NCBI RefSeq assembly: GCF_004010195.1
Contig: NC_057753.1
Coordinates: 11,834,815-11,898,814, forward strand
Direction: 5' to 3'
Source of the DNA: Chiloscyllium plagiosum
Taxonomy: Eukaryota
Length of the DNA stretch: 64,000 nt
The position numbers were made by a program, and so were the translations under genes. Positions 11,477 through 21,668 of this stretch are shown in pieces (the stretch's first letter is position 1; every line of letters starts with the position of its first letter). The notes under the pieces were generated by a model. That model was given only the letters and a program-made list of their open reading frames with translations. It was not told where the DNA came from and did no database searches.

Positions 11477-12097
11477 CCCTGGGCACTATGGATAATTTAG
11501 CATGGCCAATCCACCCTAACCTGCACATCCCTGGGCACTAAGGGTAATTTAGCACGGCCAATCCACACTAACCAGCACATCCCTGGGCACTATGGGTAAT
11601 TTAACACGGCCAATCCACCCTAGCTTGCACATCCCTGGGCACTATGGGTAATTTAGCCCGGCCAATCCACCCTAACCTGCACATCCCTGGGCACTATGGG
11701 TAATTTAGCATGGCTAACCCACCTCAAAATGCACATCTCTGGGCACTATGGGTAAGTTAGCACGGCCAATCCACCCTAACCTGCACATCCCTGGTCACTA
11801 TGGGTAATCTAGCATGGCCAATCCACCCTAACCTGCACATCCCAGGGCACTATGGGTAATCTAGCATGGCCAATCCACCCTAACCTGCACATCCCTGGGC
11901 ACTATGGGTAATTTAGCACGGCCAATCCATCCTAATCAGCACATCTTTGGCCTGTGGGAGCAAACCAGTGTACCCGGAGGAAACCCACGCGGTTGGCGGT
12001 CGGGAGAACATGCAAACGCCACCCATTCGCCCGAGGGTGGAAGTGAACCTGGCTCCCGGGTGCTGTGAGGCAGCAGTGTGAACCACTGAGTCACCGT
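11477..12097 (-). mobile_element. HE1-like SINE with internal 52-bp VNTR (~9 units)
   Basis: Head at about 12040-12097, then repeats of gatgtgcaggttagggtggattggccgtgctaaattacccatagtgcccagg on the minus strand. Confidence 0.88.
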
Positions 12098-12404
12098 CTC
12101 GTTCCCTCCCCTCCCCACCTGCTCTCACCCCAGCCACATCTTTCAACTTCATATTCTTCCGTTCGAATCTTTCCATTGCGTCGCGTCACTCTATATCTCG
12201 AATCGCCTCCAGCAGCCCACATCTGATTGGTGAGTGAAAAAGAAACCTTCAGACATAGCTGCAATTCTTCCAACTCTTGCCCATTCCCAACTTTAACCAC
12301 CCGACGTTTGACAGCTGGGCCCGGGAGTGGGTCAGTTAGCTCAGTCAGCTGGCTTGCAGTGCAGAATGATTCAATTCCCACCCTGCCTGAGATCACAAAT
12401 GTGT

Positions 12405-12890
12405 CACAGAGATGTACAGCACGGAAACAGACCCTTCGGTCCAACCCGTCCTTGCCCACTCCTAACATAGTCCCGTTTGCCAGCGCTTGGCCCCTATCCC
12501 TCCAACCCCTTCCTCTCCATGTCCCCATGCACCTTTTAAATGTTGTCATCGTACCAGCCTCCACCACTTCCTCTGGCAGCTCGTTCCACACACAGGCACC
12601 ACCCTCCGCGTGAAAACGTTGCCCCTCAGGTCCCCTCTCACCCTAAACCTGCGCCCCTCTAGTTCTGGACTCCCCCACCCCCAGGGGGAAAAGACCTTGC
12701 CTATTCACCCTACCCATGGGCCTCATGGTTTAATAAACCTCTGTAAGGTCACCCCTCAGCCTCCGACGCTCCGGGGAAAACAGCCTTGGCCTATTCAGCC
12801 TCTTCCTGTAGCTCCAATCCTGGCAACATCCTCGGAAGTGTCCTCTGAACCCGCCCACGTTTCACAACATCCTTCCTCTCCGAAGGATGT
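12405..12890 (-). mobile_element. CR1 LINE 3' fragment
   Basis: WNELPEEVVEAGT and RRLRGDLTEVY motifs plus a typical 3' UTR. Confidence 0.88.
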
Positions 12891-13162
12891 TACCTACTAG
12901 CTTACCTGACAAAGGAGCAGCGCTCCAATAGCTCACGTATCCAAATAAGCTGTTGGGGCTATAATCTGGTGTTGTGTGTATTTTTAACTTTTCCAGTCGG
13001 AGAGAGACCTGGGCACAGTAATGCTGACGGTGAGCAACACTCCTTCCCAACCTCGCTGCTCAGCTGACCCTCAGGTAATAACCACCACCAGTTCACACGC
13101 TCTCTCTCTCTCTCTCTCACTCGGTGGTTAAGATGGCAGCCCTAGGACTGTGGCAATTTCAC

Positions 13163-13300
13163 CCTTGTCCGGTGTTGAATGGAGAACGGACAGAGGTGAC
13201 GCCGTCAGGTCTCAATGGGGTGTGCGCGGGTTGACCTTCCCATCTGCAGCTCCCCTTCCGCTACCCTGTAAAAGTTTTCCCGAAAAGTCATCGCCTCGGG
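13163..13300 (-). pseudogene. Relic ZNF-type splice acceptor and 5'UTR exon without fingers
   Basis: Minus strand gaggcgatgacttttcgggaaaacttttacag|ggtagcggaaggggag aligns by eye with the gene F acceptor gaaagtgataactttgtgtaaattccttttacag|gctgattgaaggggag. Confidence 0.5.
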
Positions 13301-13374
13301 CAGCTCGCTGCATGTGAGCAGTCTCCCCCCCCCCCCGCCGCTGCCTCACCACTTTTGAAGACAGAACTTTTTTT

Positions 13375-13760
13375 TTAAAAATCACACCACACCAGGGGTT
13401 GTAGCCCAACAGGTTTATTTGGAAGCACTAGCTATCTCAGGTAGTTCAGGGTGGAGGGTTATAGGCCACAGTAAAAGATCAAAGTGTCATACAAATGATG
13501 TGACATATTGAAGAAACCTAGATTGCTATTAAGTCTTTAATCGCTTAGAATGGGGGTTGCAGGTTTCGATTGATTAATATGCACATCCCAGAACTGCTTG
13601 GGATTCCTGAGATATTTTTTTAAAAAGTGACATCCCAGCTTAGACAATGCATTAAAGGTGAGGTTCAAGTCTGTCCGTATCCCAATCTTGAGTCAGACTG
13701 GTTCTATTTCCAAAGTTGGACAGATATATTTTTTTTTTAAAAATCACACAACACCCAGTT
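13375..13760 (-). mobile_element. Second Penelope-like family 3'/pLTR fragment (also 12895-12992, 55135-55295, 63440-63765)
   Basis: Shared aaaaatcacacaacaccaggttatagtccaacaggtttatttggaagcactagct text. The copy at 63533-63568 keeps a hammerhead core. Confidence 0.6.
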
Positions 13761-13769
13761 ACAGTCTGG

Positions 13770-14710
13770 AGAAAGTGGGGACTGCAGATGCTGGAGATCA
13801 GAGGCGAGAGTGTGGTGCTGGAAAAGCACAGCAGGTCAGGCAAGGTCAGTGGGGAGTGTGCAGGGGATAGGTGGGAAGGAAGATGGACAGGTCATGAGGG
13901 CGATGCCGAGTTGGAAGGTTGGGGAAATGAGGAAACTGGCGAAATCCACATTGATGCCCTGGGGTTGAAGTGTTCCGAGGCAGAAGATGAGGTGTTCTTC
14001 CTCCAGGCGTCGGGTGGTTAGGGAGTGGCGATGAACAAGGCCCAGGACCTGCATGTCCTTGGCAGAGTGGGAGGGGGAGTTGAAGTGTTCGGCCACGGGG
14101 CGGTGGGGTTGGTTGGTGCGGGTATCCTGGAGATGTTCTCTGAAGCGCTCTGTGAGGAGACGTCCCCTCTCCCCGATGTAGAGGAGACTGCATCGGGTGC
14201 AACGGATACAATAAATGACGTGTGCAAGTGCAGGTAAAACTCTGATGGACGTGGGGGGGTCTGTCCTTTCACCTGGTCCTCGCCTTCCACCCCACCAACC
14301 TCTCGATACATCACATCATCCTCCACCATTTCCGCCACCTACAAACGGACCCCACCACCAGAGATATATTTCCCTCCCCATCCCTATCTGTATTCCATAA
14401 AGACCATTCCCTCCATTACTCTCTTGTCAGGTCACCAACTCACCCTCCTCTCCTGGCACCTTCCCCTGCAGCAATTGTAAAACCTGCGCCCACACCTCCA
14501 TCCAAGGCCCCCAAAGGAGCCTTCCACTTCCATCAGAGTTTTACCTACGCTTCCACACATGTCATTTTCTGCATCTGTTGCTCCCAACGCAGTCTCCTCT
14601 ACATCGGGGAGAGGGGGCGCGTACTTGCAGAATGCTTCAGAGAACATCTCCGGGACACCCGCACCAACCAACCCCACCGTCCTGTGGCTAAACACTTTAA
14701 CTCCCAATCC
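13770..14710. mobile_element. Two Penelope GIY-YIG fragments in inverted orientation
   Basis: Minus strand 13770-14260 reads YCIRCTRCSLLYIGE..FREHLQDTRTNQPHRPVAEHFNSPSH..RRLEEEHLIFCLGTLQPQGINVDF. The plus-strand 14265-14710 carries the same region (LYIGE..EHLRDTRTNQP). Confidence 0.85.
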
Positions 14711-14711
14711 C

Positions 14712-15060
14712 AATGAGGAGGTGAGTTATTCGCTGTAGTATTCTGACCTGCTGTTGCAGCCACTGTGTTGGTTATGTGTTGAGTCCAGTTGAGCTCCTGG
14801 TCAATGGTTAACCCCCTAGGATGTTGATACTGGGGATTCCATGACGGTAACACCGTCGAATGCTAAGAGGAGGTGGTGAGATTGTCTCATATTTGTGGTG
14901 GTGATAGCCTGGCGTCTGTGCGGCGTGACTGTTCCATGTTACTGGTCGGCCCAAGCCTGGGTACTGTCCAGATTTTGTTGCATTTGGGACGCGAGCTGCT
15001 TCAGTATCTGAAGGAGCAGCAAATAGTGCGGTGAACATCCCACTCCTGACCCGCACTTGC
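14712..15060 (-). mobile_element. Degenerate CR1/L2-group LINE RT C-terminal fragment
   Basis: Frameshifted pieces read QQNLDSTQAWADQ, ESPSINILG and TIDQELNWTQHI..VAATAGQ. Confidence 0.65.
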
Positions 15061-15529
15061 GGTGAATGAACGGCCTCTCCCCGGTGCAACGGCGCCGGTG
15101 AATCGCTAGCTCAGACGGGGGAACCGGAATCCCTTTCCGCACTTTTTCTGCTTAGAGAAGGGGTGAAAAAAAAAATCAACATCGACTTGGACAGCAAACC
15201 TGCACAGGAAGACACAAGGAAAAGATTCGGCAGCTGGCTGGTTTTGCAAGTTGAATTTTTCGGTAAATCTTAATCTGGGGCTTTATCGGACCGCTATTGT
15301 GCAGGGGAAAGTAAAAGATAGGTTAGAGGAAGGAGTTGTACATAGTTGTTAGTTAATGATTCTCTGGTAAAAATAAAAGTTGTTAATTTTTACTTTAAAT
15401 GGTGACTTTTAGGACAGTTATTTGCTTCTGGAATTTTCACAGATTACAGCACGGGGTGAATCGTTACTGTGTTGCGGGGCGGAGGGGTTAATCCATGTCA
15501 TGACATTCCGGGGGCTCATCCGGGATTTT

Positions 15530-15885
15530 CGATTAGGTTCCCTACAGTGTGGAAACAGGCCCTTCGGCCCAACCAGTCCACACCGACCCGTCGAAGAGTA
15601 ACCCACCCAGACCCATTTCCCACTGACTGATGCACCGAACATTACGGGCAATTTGAAGAGTAACCCACCCAGACCCATTTCCCACTGACTGATGCACCGA
15701 ACATTACGGGCAATTTAGCATGGCCAATTCACCTGGTCTGCACCGTGGGAGGAAACCGGAGCACCCGGAGGAAACCCACGCAGGCATGGGGGAGAATGTG
15801 CAAACTCCACACAGACAGTCACCCGAGGCTGGAATCGAACCAGGGACCATGGTGCTGTGAGGCAGCAGTGCTAACCACTGTGACA
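15530..15885 (-). mobile_element. HE1-type SINE with an internal ~62-bp tandem duplication
   Basis: Reverse complement of the HE1 consensus; gaagagtaacccacccagacccatttcccactgactgatgcaccgaacattacgggcaattt is repeated. Confidence 0.88.
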
Positions 15886-16302
15886 CCCGAGAGCTGTTTC
15901 TCTCACTTTTAACTTAATTTCGGCGACTTGCGGATGATTAAACAAACGGTCTCACCTCCATCTCATTTAAAGGTGTCGGACCCTGAACTGCGAGTGTTTA
16001 AATTTACTGGACTTTTCTCGTACCCCCAAACCTCTCGAAACCTGTTCAAATCACCGGACGACAGCCCCCCCCCCCCCAAATCTCAAACACGGTCTTCTCT
16101 GCCGCGCCAGTGCGCCGACAGACGGGTCTGTCTGAAGCCTTGGCCACGGGCATGTGTGGAGTCCCTCCGCGGCGGACAGTGCTTACGTCCTGCGTGCAAA
16201 ATCCGACGACATCTGGGTCGCGAGGAACCAAGCGACGCTGTCAAATCCCCACGAGATGTTTCGTTTCTCGAGCGAGCAGCCCACCCGTAATATTCCGTCA
16301 AA

Positions 16303-16600
16303 TTGATTAGATTAGGTTCCCTACAGTGTGGAAACAGGCCCTTCGGCTCAACCAGTCCACACCGACCCTCCGAAGTGTAACCCACCCAGACCCATTCCCC
16401 TCTGACTAAAGCACCTGGCAATTGAACAGGGCCAATTCACCTGACCCTGCACATCTTTGGACTGTGGGAGGAAACCGGAGCACCTGGAGGAAACCCACGC
16501 AGACACGGGGGGGGGGAGAACGTGCAAACCCCACACAGTCAGTCGCCCCGAGGCTGGAATCAAACCTGGCACCCTGGTGCTGTGAGGCTAACCACCGCGC
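16303..16600 (-). mobile_element. HE1-type SINE
   Basis: gattag tail, V-domain and tRNA head on the minus strand. Confidence 0.88.
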
Positions 16601-17009
16601 TCGCCCAAAACATTGATTTAAAGCATAGGAAAGCTGGTGAGAGAGAGAACCCACAAAAGATACACACGAATGCAGGTTGAGAGACTGAGGAGAAAGAGTC
16701 TGAGCTGGCAACCATAGGGAAACAGAAAAATTTAATCTGCTGGATTGTCACAGAACAACCTCCAACAACCAATACGAAGCCTTTGTCGCAAAGACCGAGA
16801 GAATACCTCGTGTTTTATTTTTGTTCCCCATTCCACAACTCGTACTGCACAAGTCCTCCTTACCTGAGGGCTGAAAATGTGTTGCTGGAAAAGCGCAGCA
16901 GGTCAGGCACAATACGAAGCCTTTGTCGCAAAGGCTGAGAGAATACCTCGTGTTTTATTTTTGTTCCCCATTCCACAACTCATACTGCACAAGTCCTCCT
17001 TACTTGAGG

Positions 17010-17146
17010 GCTGAAAATGTGTTGCTGGAAAAGCGCAGCAGGTCAGGCAGCATCCAGGGAACAGGAGAGATGCTGCCTGACCTGCTGCGCTTTTCCAGCA
17101 ACACATTTTCAGCTCTGATCTCCAGCATCTGCAGACCTCACTTTCT
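17010..17146. mobile_element. Fold-back Penelope pLTR mini-insertion
   Basis: Perfect 45-bp inverted arms at 17010-17054 and 17069-17113. Flanks ctccttacttgagg and ctccttatctgagg resemble a TSD. Confidence 0.75.
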
Positions 17147-17299
17147 CCTCCTTATCTGAGGCCCTAACCCACATCTTTCTGCTCCCATCCTGCCTCACAC
17201 CTTGACAACACTCACCTTATCCATGAGACTCCTGCACCAATGCGAATGGTTGTTGGTTTGGTTGTGATAAGGATTTTGGGGAACTGCAATTGGGGGAGT

Positions 17300-18062
17300 G
17301 AGAGGTAAATATGGGGCTTGCTGAATAGTTGCCCAAGAATTGGACTATGTATTTCATAGGTAATACATTTTAGTAAAACAAATAAGGGCAGGACTTATGC
17401 AATATGAAAGTAGGGCCTTGGGTAGTGTTGGAGGACAGAGAGTCATTGGGGTCCAGGTACATAATTCTTTGAAGTTTGCATCATATGTGGGTAGCGTGGT
17501 CAAGAAGGCATTTACCACGCTTACTTTCACTGCTCAGACCTTTGAGTATAGTAGAGTTGGGATGTTATGTTGAGGTTGAACAGGATGTTGGTGAAGCCTC
17601 TTTGGGAGTGCTGTGTCCAGTTCTGATGGCCCTGTTATAGGAAGGATTAAGCTGAAGAGGGTTCAGAAAAGATTTACCAGGACGTTGCCAGGAATGGAGG
17701 GCTGGAGTTGTAAGGACAGGCTGGAATTTTGTTCACCGGAGTGCAGGGCGTGGGGGGTGGATCTTACAGAGGTTTATAAAATTATGAGGAGCATGGATAA
17801 AGTGAATGATAGGTTTCTTTTCCCTCGCATGCGAGATTTCAATGCTCTCGGGCACATTTTTAATGTGAGAGGAGGAAGATTTTAAAAAGACACGAGGGGC
17901 AACTGTTTCACAGAGAGTTGTTCGTGTATGGAACAAACCTCTAGAGGAAGAGGTGGATGTGGGCACAGTTACAATGTTTAAAAGACATTTGGATGAGTAA
18001 ACGATGAAAGGTTTGGAGGCATGTGGGTCTGGAGCGGTCAGGTGGGACTAGTTTTGTTTGGG
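17300..18062 (+). mobile_element. CR1 LINE 3' fragment, decayed
   Basis: IKLKRVQKRFTRTLPGMEG and DLTEVYKIMR. Confidence 0.85.
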
Positions 18063-18599
18063 ACCATGCAGAAGTGGGTACGGCGGATGCTGAAGATTAG
18101 AGTGGTGCTGGAAAAGCACATCAGGTCAGGCAGCATCCGAGGAGCAGGAAAATCGACGTTTCGGGCAAAAGCCCTTCACCCTGATGTGACCTGCTTTGCT
18201 TTTCCAGCACCACTCTGATTTTTGGGATTATGTTTCGGCGCAGACTGGTTGGACCGAGGAGTGTGTTTCCTTGTTGTATGAGTCTGCGAATCATACAGGA
18301 AGGAGTGGGAATGAAAACTGTTGGGAGTGTCATAAAAATCCAACAGGATGGATGTTGGTTCGAGTCTGGTGGTGCTAAGGGGAGGTGCAATGGTGCCATT
18401 GTTTTGTTTCCAGCACAATTACAGCATCTGCAGTAATTTGCTCCTGGGGGGGGAGCGAGAGGTAAAAATTGAGTCTGCTGCATAGTCACTCAGGAGTTAG
18501 GCAATGCAATTCATAGTCTAAAATTTCCTGATGAACTGTTTGGACTTGGGAGTGAGTTGCTGAGGTCCTCCAGGGTCTCGAGGGATTTTTCTTCCGCAA

Positions 18600-19140
18600 G
18601 CAAACCCGGCCCACTTACCTCACAATGGGGAGGCCGCATGATTGACAGGGTCCGAACCAATACGGGGTGACGGGGATGGCTGGAGACTCCGCCGAAATCC
18701 CAGCGCCTCCAACCAATGGGAATGCACAGAGGCGGGGCTGGAGTACTTGTCCGGCCGCTGGTCCTCCAACCAATAGGGGGGGGGGAAGCAGGCGGCGGTC
18801 ACGTGACCCCCCACGGGGAACGCGCAGCCTCATTGCCGCTGGGATTATCGGGGGTTCCGGCTGGCGGAGGGTGAGTCGGAGCGAAAGGGATGGAGGGAAA
18901 CAATAAAGTCCGGGATCGCTGTGGAGTCTGAGTTTTTCGCAAGTACTCAGCAGAGGCCTCCGGACCCGAACTGCTTGCTCCGGACCCCGCATTGGCGGCG
19001 GGCCTGGCTGCGGTTGCGAGGTATACCTCTCCGCCTGAGGCCGGTTTGGCCGCCGCCATCTTTGTAGGGGGCGACTTTGTAGCGATGCGCATGTGCGCGC
19101 AGCCTCTGTTCGCCTTGTCTGTGCCCATCATGATCCTTCC
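18600..19140. promoter_or_regulatory. CpG-rich promoter of ZNF gene A, probably bidirectional
   Basis: Three CCAAT boxes with GC boxes, E-box GTCACGTGAC, plus-strand donor G|GTGAGT at 18871, minus-strand donor AG|GTAAGT at 18618, YY1-like GCCGCCATCTT at 19052-19062 and NRF1-like TGCGCATGTGCG at 19086-19097. Confidence 0.75.
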
Positions 19141-19249
19141 AGCCTCCTACACTCCAAGGGGGGGGGGGGGGGGGTAAATTGTCCCAGAACTGCTAGTCTA
19201 ATAACATCTACCTATAGCAGGGTGACCAGGACTTTTTTTTTTAAATGTT

Positions 19250-19640
19250 AGAATCCTGACAATGAGGAAACAGGCCCTTCGACCCAACAAGCCCCCCACC
19301 GACCCTCCAAAGAGTAACCCATTTCCCCCCCCCCCTACCCTATGCTTACCCTTGTTTCCTGTAGAACAGGGGTAAATATAGGGTAGGGGGAATGGGTTAC
19401 TCTTTGGGAATACTGTAGGGAATCTAATCTAATGCGCCTAACTTGACCACACTATGAGCAACGTGGCATGGCCAATTCACCTAACCTGCACATCCTTGGA
19501 CTGTGGGAGGAAACTGGAGCACCCACACAGACAGGGGGGGGGGGCAAGAGAATGTGCACAGACAGTCGCCCAAGGCTGAAATTGAACTCGAGTCCCTGGC
19601 GCCATGAGGCAGCAGTGCTAACCACTGAGCCACCGTGCCA
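19250..19640 (-). mobile_element. HE1-type SINE with a rearranged, inverted tail
   Basis: Head at about 19580-19640 and V-domain; tail pieces occur in both orientations at 19250-19430. Confidence 0.75.
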
Positions 19641-20033
19641 CCTATACACAGTACTCTCTCAAACCCTTTTTCACAGAGTCAAAAACGACCACACCTTTTG
19701 ATTCTGATCTGCAGTCCTCACTTATTTTCCCATAGAGGCCAGATTCTTGTTATTGGTCCAGAATGGGAAGCGGATTCTCTTCCCTGATGGTCATTGGTAA
19801 ACCAGATGACGTTTTACAACAATCCAATAGATTTTACGGTCACTTTTTCCCCAGTGGTAACCCCACGGTGACCAGATTGATTCATTTCTCACACTATTTC
19901 TCCTTTTTGACATCGATTTCTCAGGCAATGAGAAGGGAGGATCGGCCGATTGGAAACCGGAGTTAAACTTCGCATCAGGATCTGGAGGAGTTGCCCAGTC
20001 TGTTGCGACCTGACTGCCAGCGGGCTTTGGGAC

Positions 20034-21062
20034 ATGGAAGGCGCAAGCGCCATTGAGGGCGGAGAGAAACCGTACGCATGCAGGCTGAACTTCGGCCAGC
20101 CGCCCGAGCTCAGGAGCCACCGGTGCAGTCGGCCCGGGGAGAAACCGTGGAAATGCGGGGACTGCGGGGCAGGGTTCCGCTGCTCGTCGGAACGGGAGGC
20201 ACACCGGCGGGGTCACACCGGCGAGAGGCCGTTCACCTGCCCTGAGTGCGGGAAGGGATTCACCCGCACGTCCACCCTGCTGAGGCACCGGCGGGTTCAC
20301 ACAGCGGAGCGGCCTTTTGAATGCCCGCTCTGTGGCAAGCACTTCAAGAGCCCCAGCGAGCTGATCTTCCACCAGCGCGCTCACACCGACGAGAGGCCCT
20401 TTAAGTGCCCGGACTGCGGCAAGTGCTACAAAAGCTCCAGCAACCTGATGTCCCACCGACGCCTGCATGGAGAGGAGCGACCTTTCACCTGCCCCGACTG
20501 CGGGAAGAGTTTCAAAAGTTCCAGCACTCTGGTGTCCCACAAACGCGTTCACACCGACGAGAGGCCCTTTGAATGCCTGGATTGTGTGAAGAGCTTCAAA
20601 AGCTCCAGGGAACTGACGCGCCACCGACTCGTCCACACCGAGGAGAGACCCTTCAAGTGCCCGGACTGTGGCAAGTGCTACAAAAGCACCAGCAACCTCC
20701 TGTCCCACCAGCGCGTTCACTCGGAGGACAGACCCTTCAAGTGCCCGGAGTGCGGGAAGTGCTTTAAGAGCTCCAGGGATTTGACGTCCCACCGGCGGGT
20801 GCACTCGGACGAGAGACCCTACCGATGCTCGGACTGTGGGAAACGCTTCAAGAGCCCGGGGGAGCTGATCCTCCACCAGCGCGCCCACACCAGCGAGAGG
20901 CCGTTCCGGTGCTCTCACTGCGGCACTGGGTTCAGGCGCTCGTCCCAGCTCACGACGCACCGGCGGGTTCACACCGGGGAGAGGCCGTTCCTCTGCTCTG
21001 AGTGCGGGATGGGATTCACGCGCACGGCTTACCTGCTGAGACATCAGCAGGTTCACAAGTGA
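20034..21062 (+). CDS. C2H2 zinc-finger protein A (11 fingers, no effector domain seen)
   Basis: Open ORF with 11 CX2CX12HX3H units. Acceptor ttctcag at 19924, first in-frame ATG at 20034 (gacATGg), AATAAA at about 21182. Confidence 0.88.
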   Translation: MEGASAIEGGEKPYACRLNFGQPPELRSHRCSRPGEKPWKCGDCGAGFRCSSEREAHRRGHTGERPFTCPECGKGFTRTSTLLRHRRVHTAERPFECPLCGKHFKSPSELIFHQRAHTDERPFKCPDCGKCYKSSSNLMSHRRLHGEERPFTCPDCGKSFKSSSTLVSHKRVHTDERPFECLDCVKSFKSSRELTRHRLVHTEERPFKCPDCGKCYKSTSNLLSHQRVHSEDRPFKCPECGKCFKSSRDLTSHRRVHSDERPYRCSDCGKRFKSPGELILHQRAHTSERPFRCSHCGTGFRRSSQLTTHRRVHTGERPFLCSECGMGFTRTAYLLRHQQVHK

Positions 21063-21319
21063 CCACACCCGTCTAGATTTGCTGTTAAACCCGTCCAGAA
21101 GGGCCACTGTGACGGTCGGGTTCCTTTCTCCTAATGAATGCCAGACCGGTTTTGAGGTGTTAATATTCTGAATGACACTGAAATAAATCAGCGTTGTGAT
21201 ATAATCCAACGTTGCGTTGAATCTTTTTAATATCTTGAACGTGAGTCGGTGTGAACGAAATAGAAAAGAAATTTTCCTCATCCCACCATCGGTTCATCAG
21301 GTGTTCCTTCCTAGAAACT

Positions 21320-21668
21320 GAGTGGTGACCTTATAGAGTTTTATAAAATCACAAGGGGTACGAATAGGGTGAATAACCAATGTCTTTCTCCCCAAGGTAG
21401 GGGGGAGTCTAAGATGAGAGGGCATAGGTTTAAGGTGAGAACAGAGAGGTTTAAAAGGGACCTGAGCGTGTATGCAATGAGCTGTCAGTGGAAGTGGTGG
21501 AGGCTGGTACAATTACAACATTTAAAAGGCATCTGGATGGCTATATGATTTGGAAGGGATCGGGGCTAAATGCTGGTGATGGGATTAGCTGGATTTAGGA
21601 TATCTGGTCAGCATGGACGAGTTGGTCCAAAGGATCTGTTTCCGTGCTGTAGAATTCTATGACTCTCT
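21320..21668 (+). mobile_element. CR1 LINE 3' end
   Basis: ggtgaccttatagag..ggaggctggtacaatt..ctatgactct. Confidence 0.85.

Noticed and set aside
15140-15505. Possible Gypsy-like LTR remnant (AATAAA, ends catgaca); similar AT-rich segment at 25490-25900
   Set aside because: No matching 5' terminus, TSD or PBS could be defined, so it is not called as a feature.
18615-19177. ORFs in CpG islands (also 33335..33936, 45976..46546, 58064..58481) as upstream effector-domain exons
   Set aside because: Low-complexity Pro/Arg/Gly translations with no KRAB, SCAN or BTB resemblance; expected in GC-rich DNA.
19791-21281. 496-aa antisense ORF (also 50951..51640, 59517..60308, 34277..34840)
   Set aside because: These are shadows of GC-rich C2H2 codon usage, giving repetitive ERPLPGV peptides with no independent evidence of coding.
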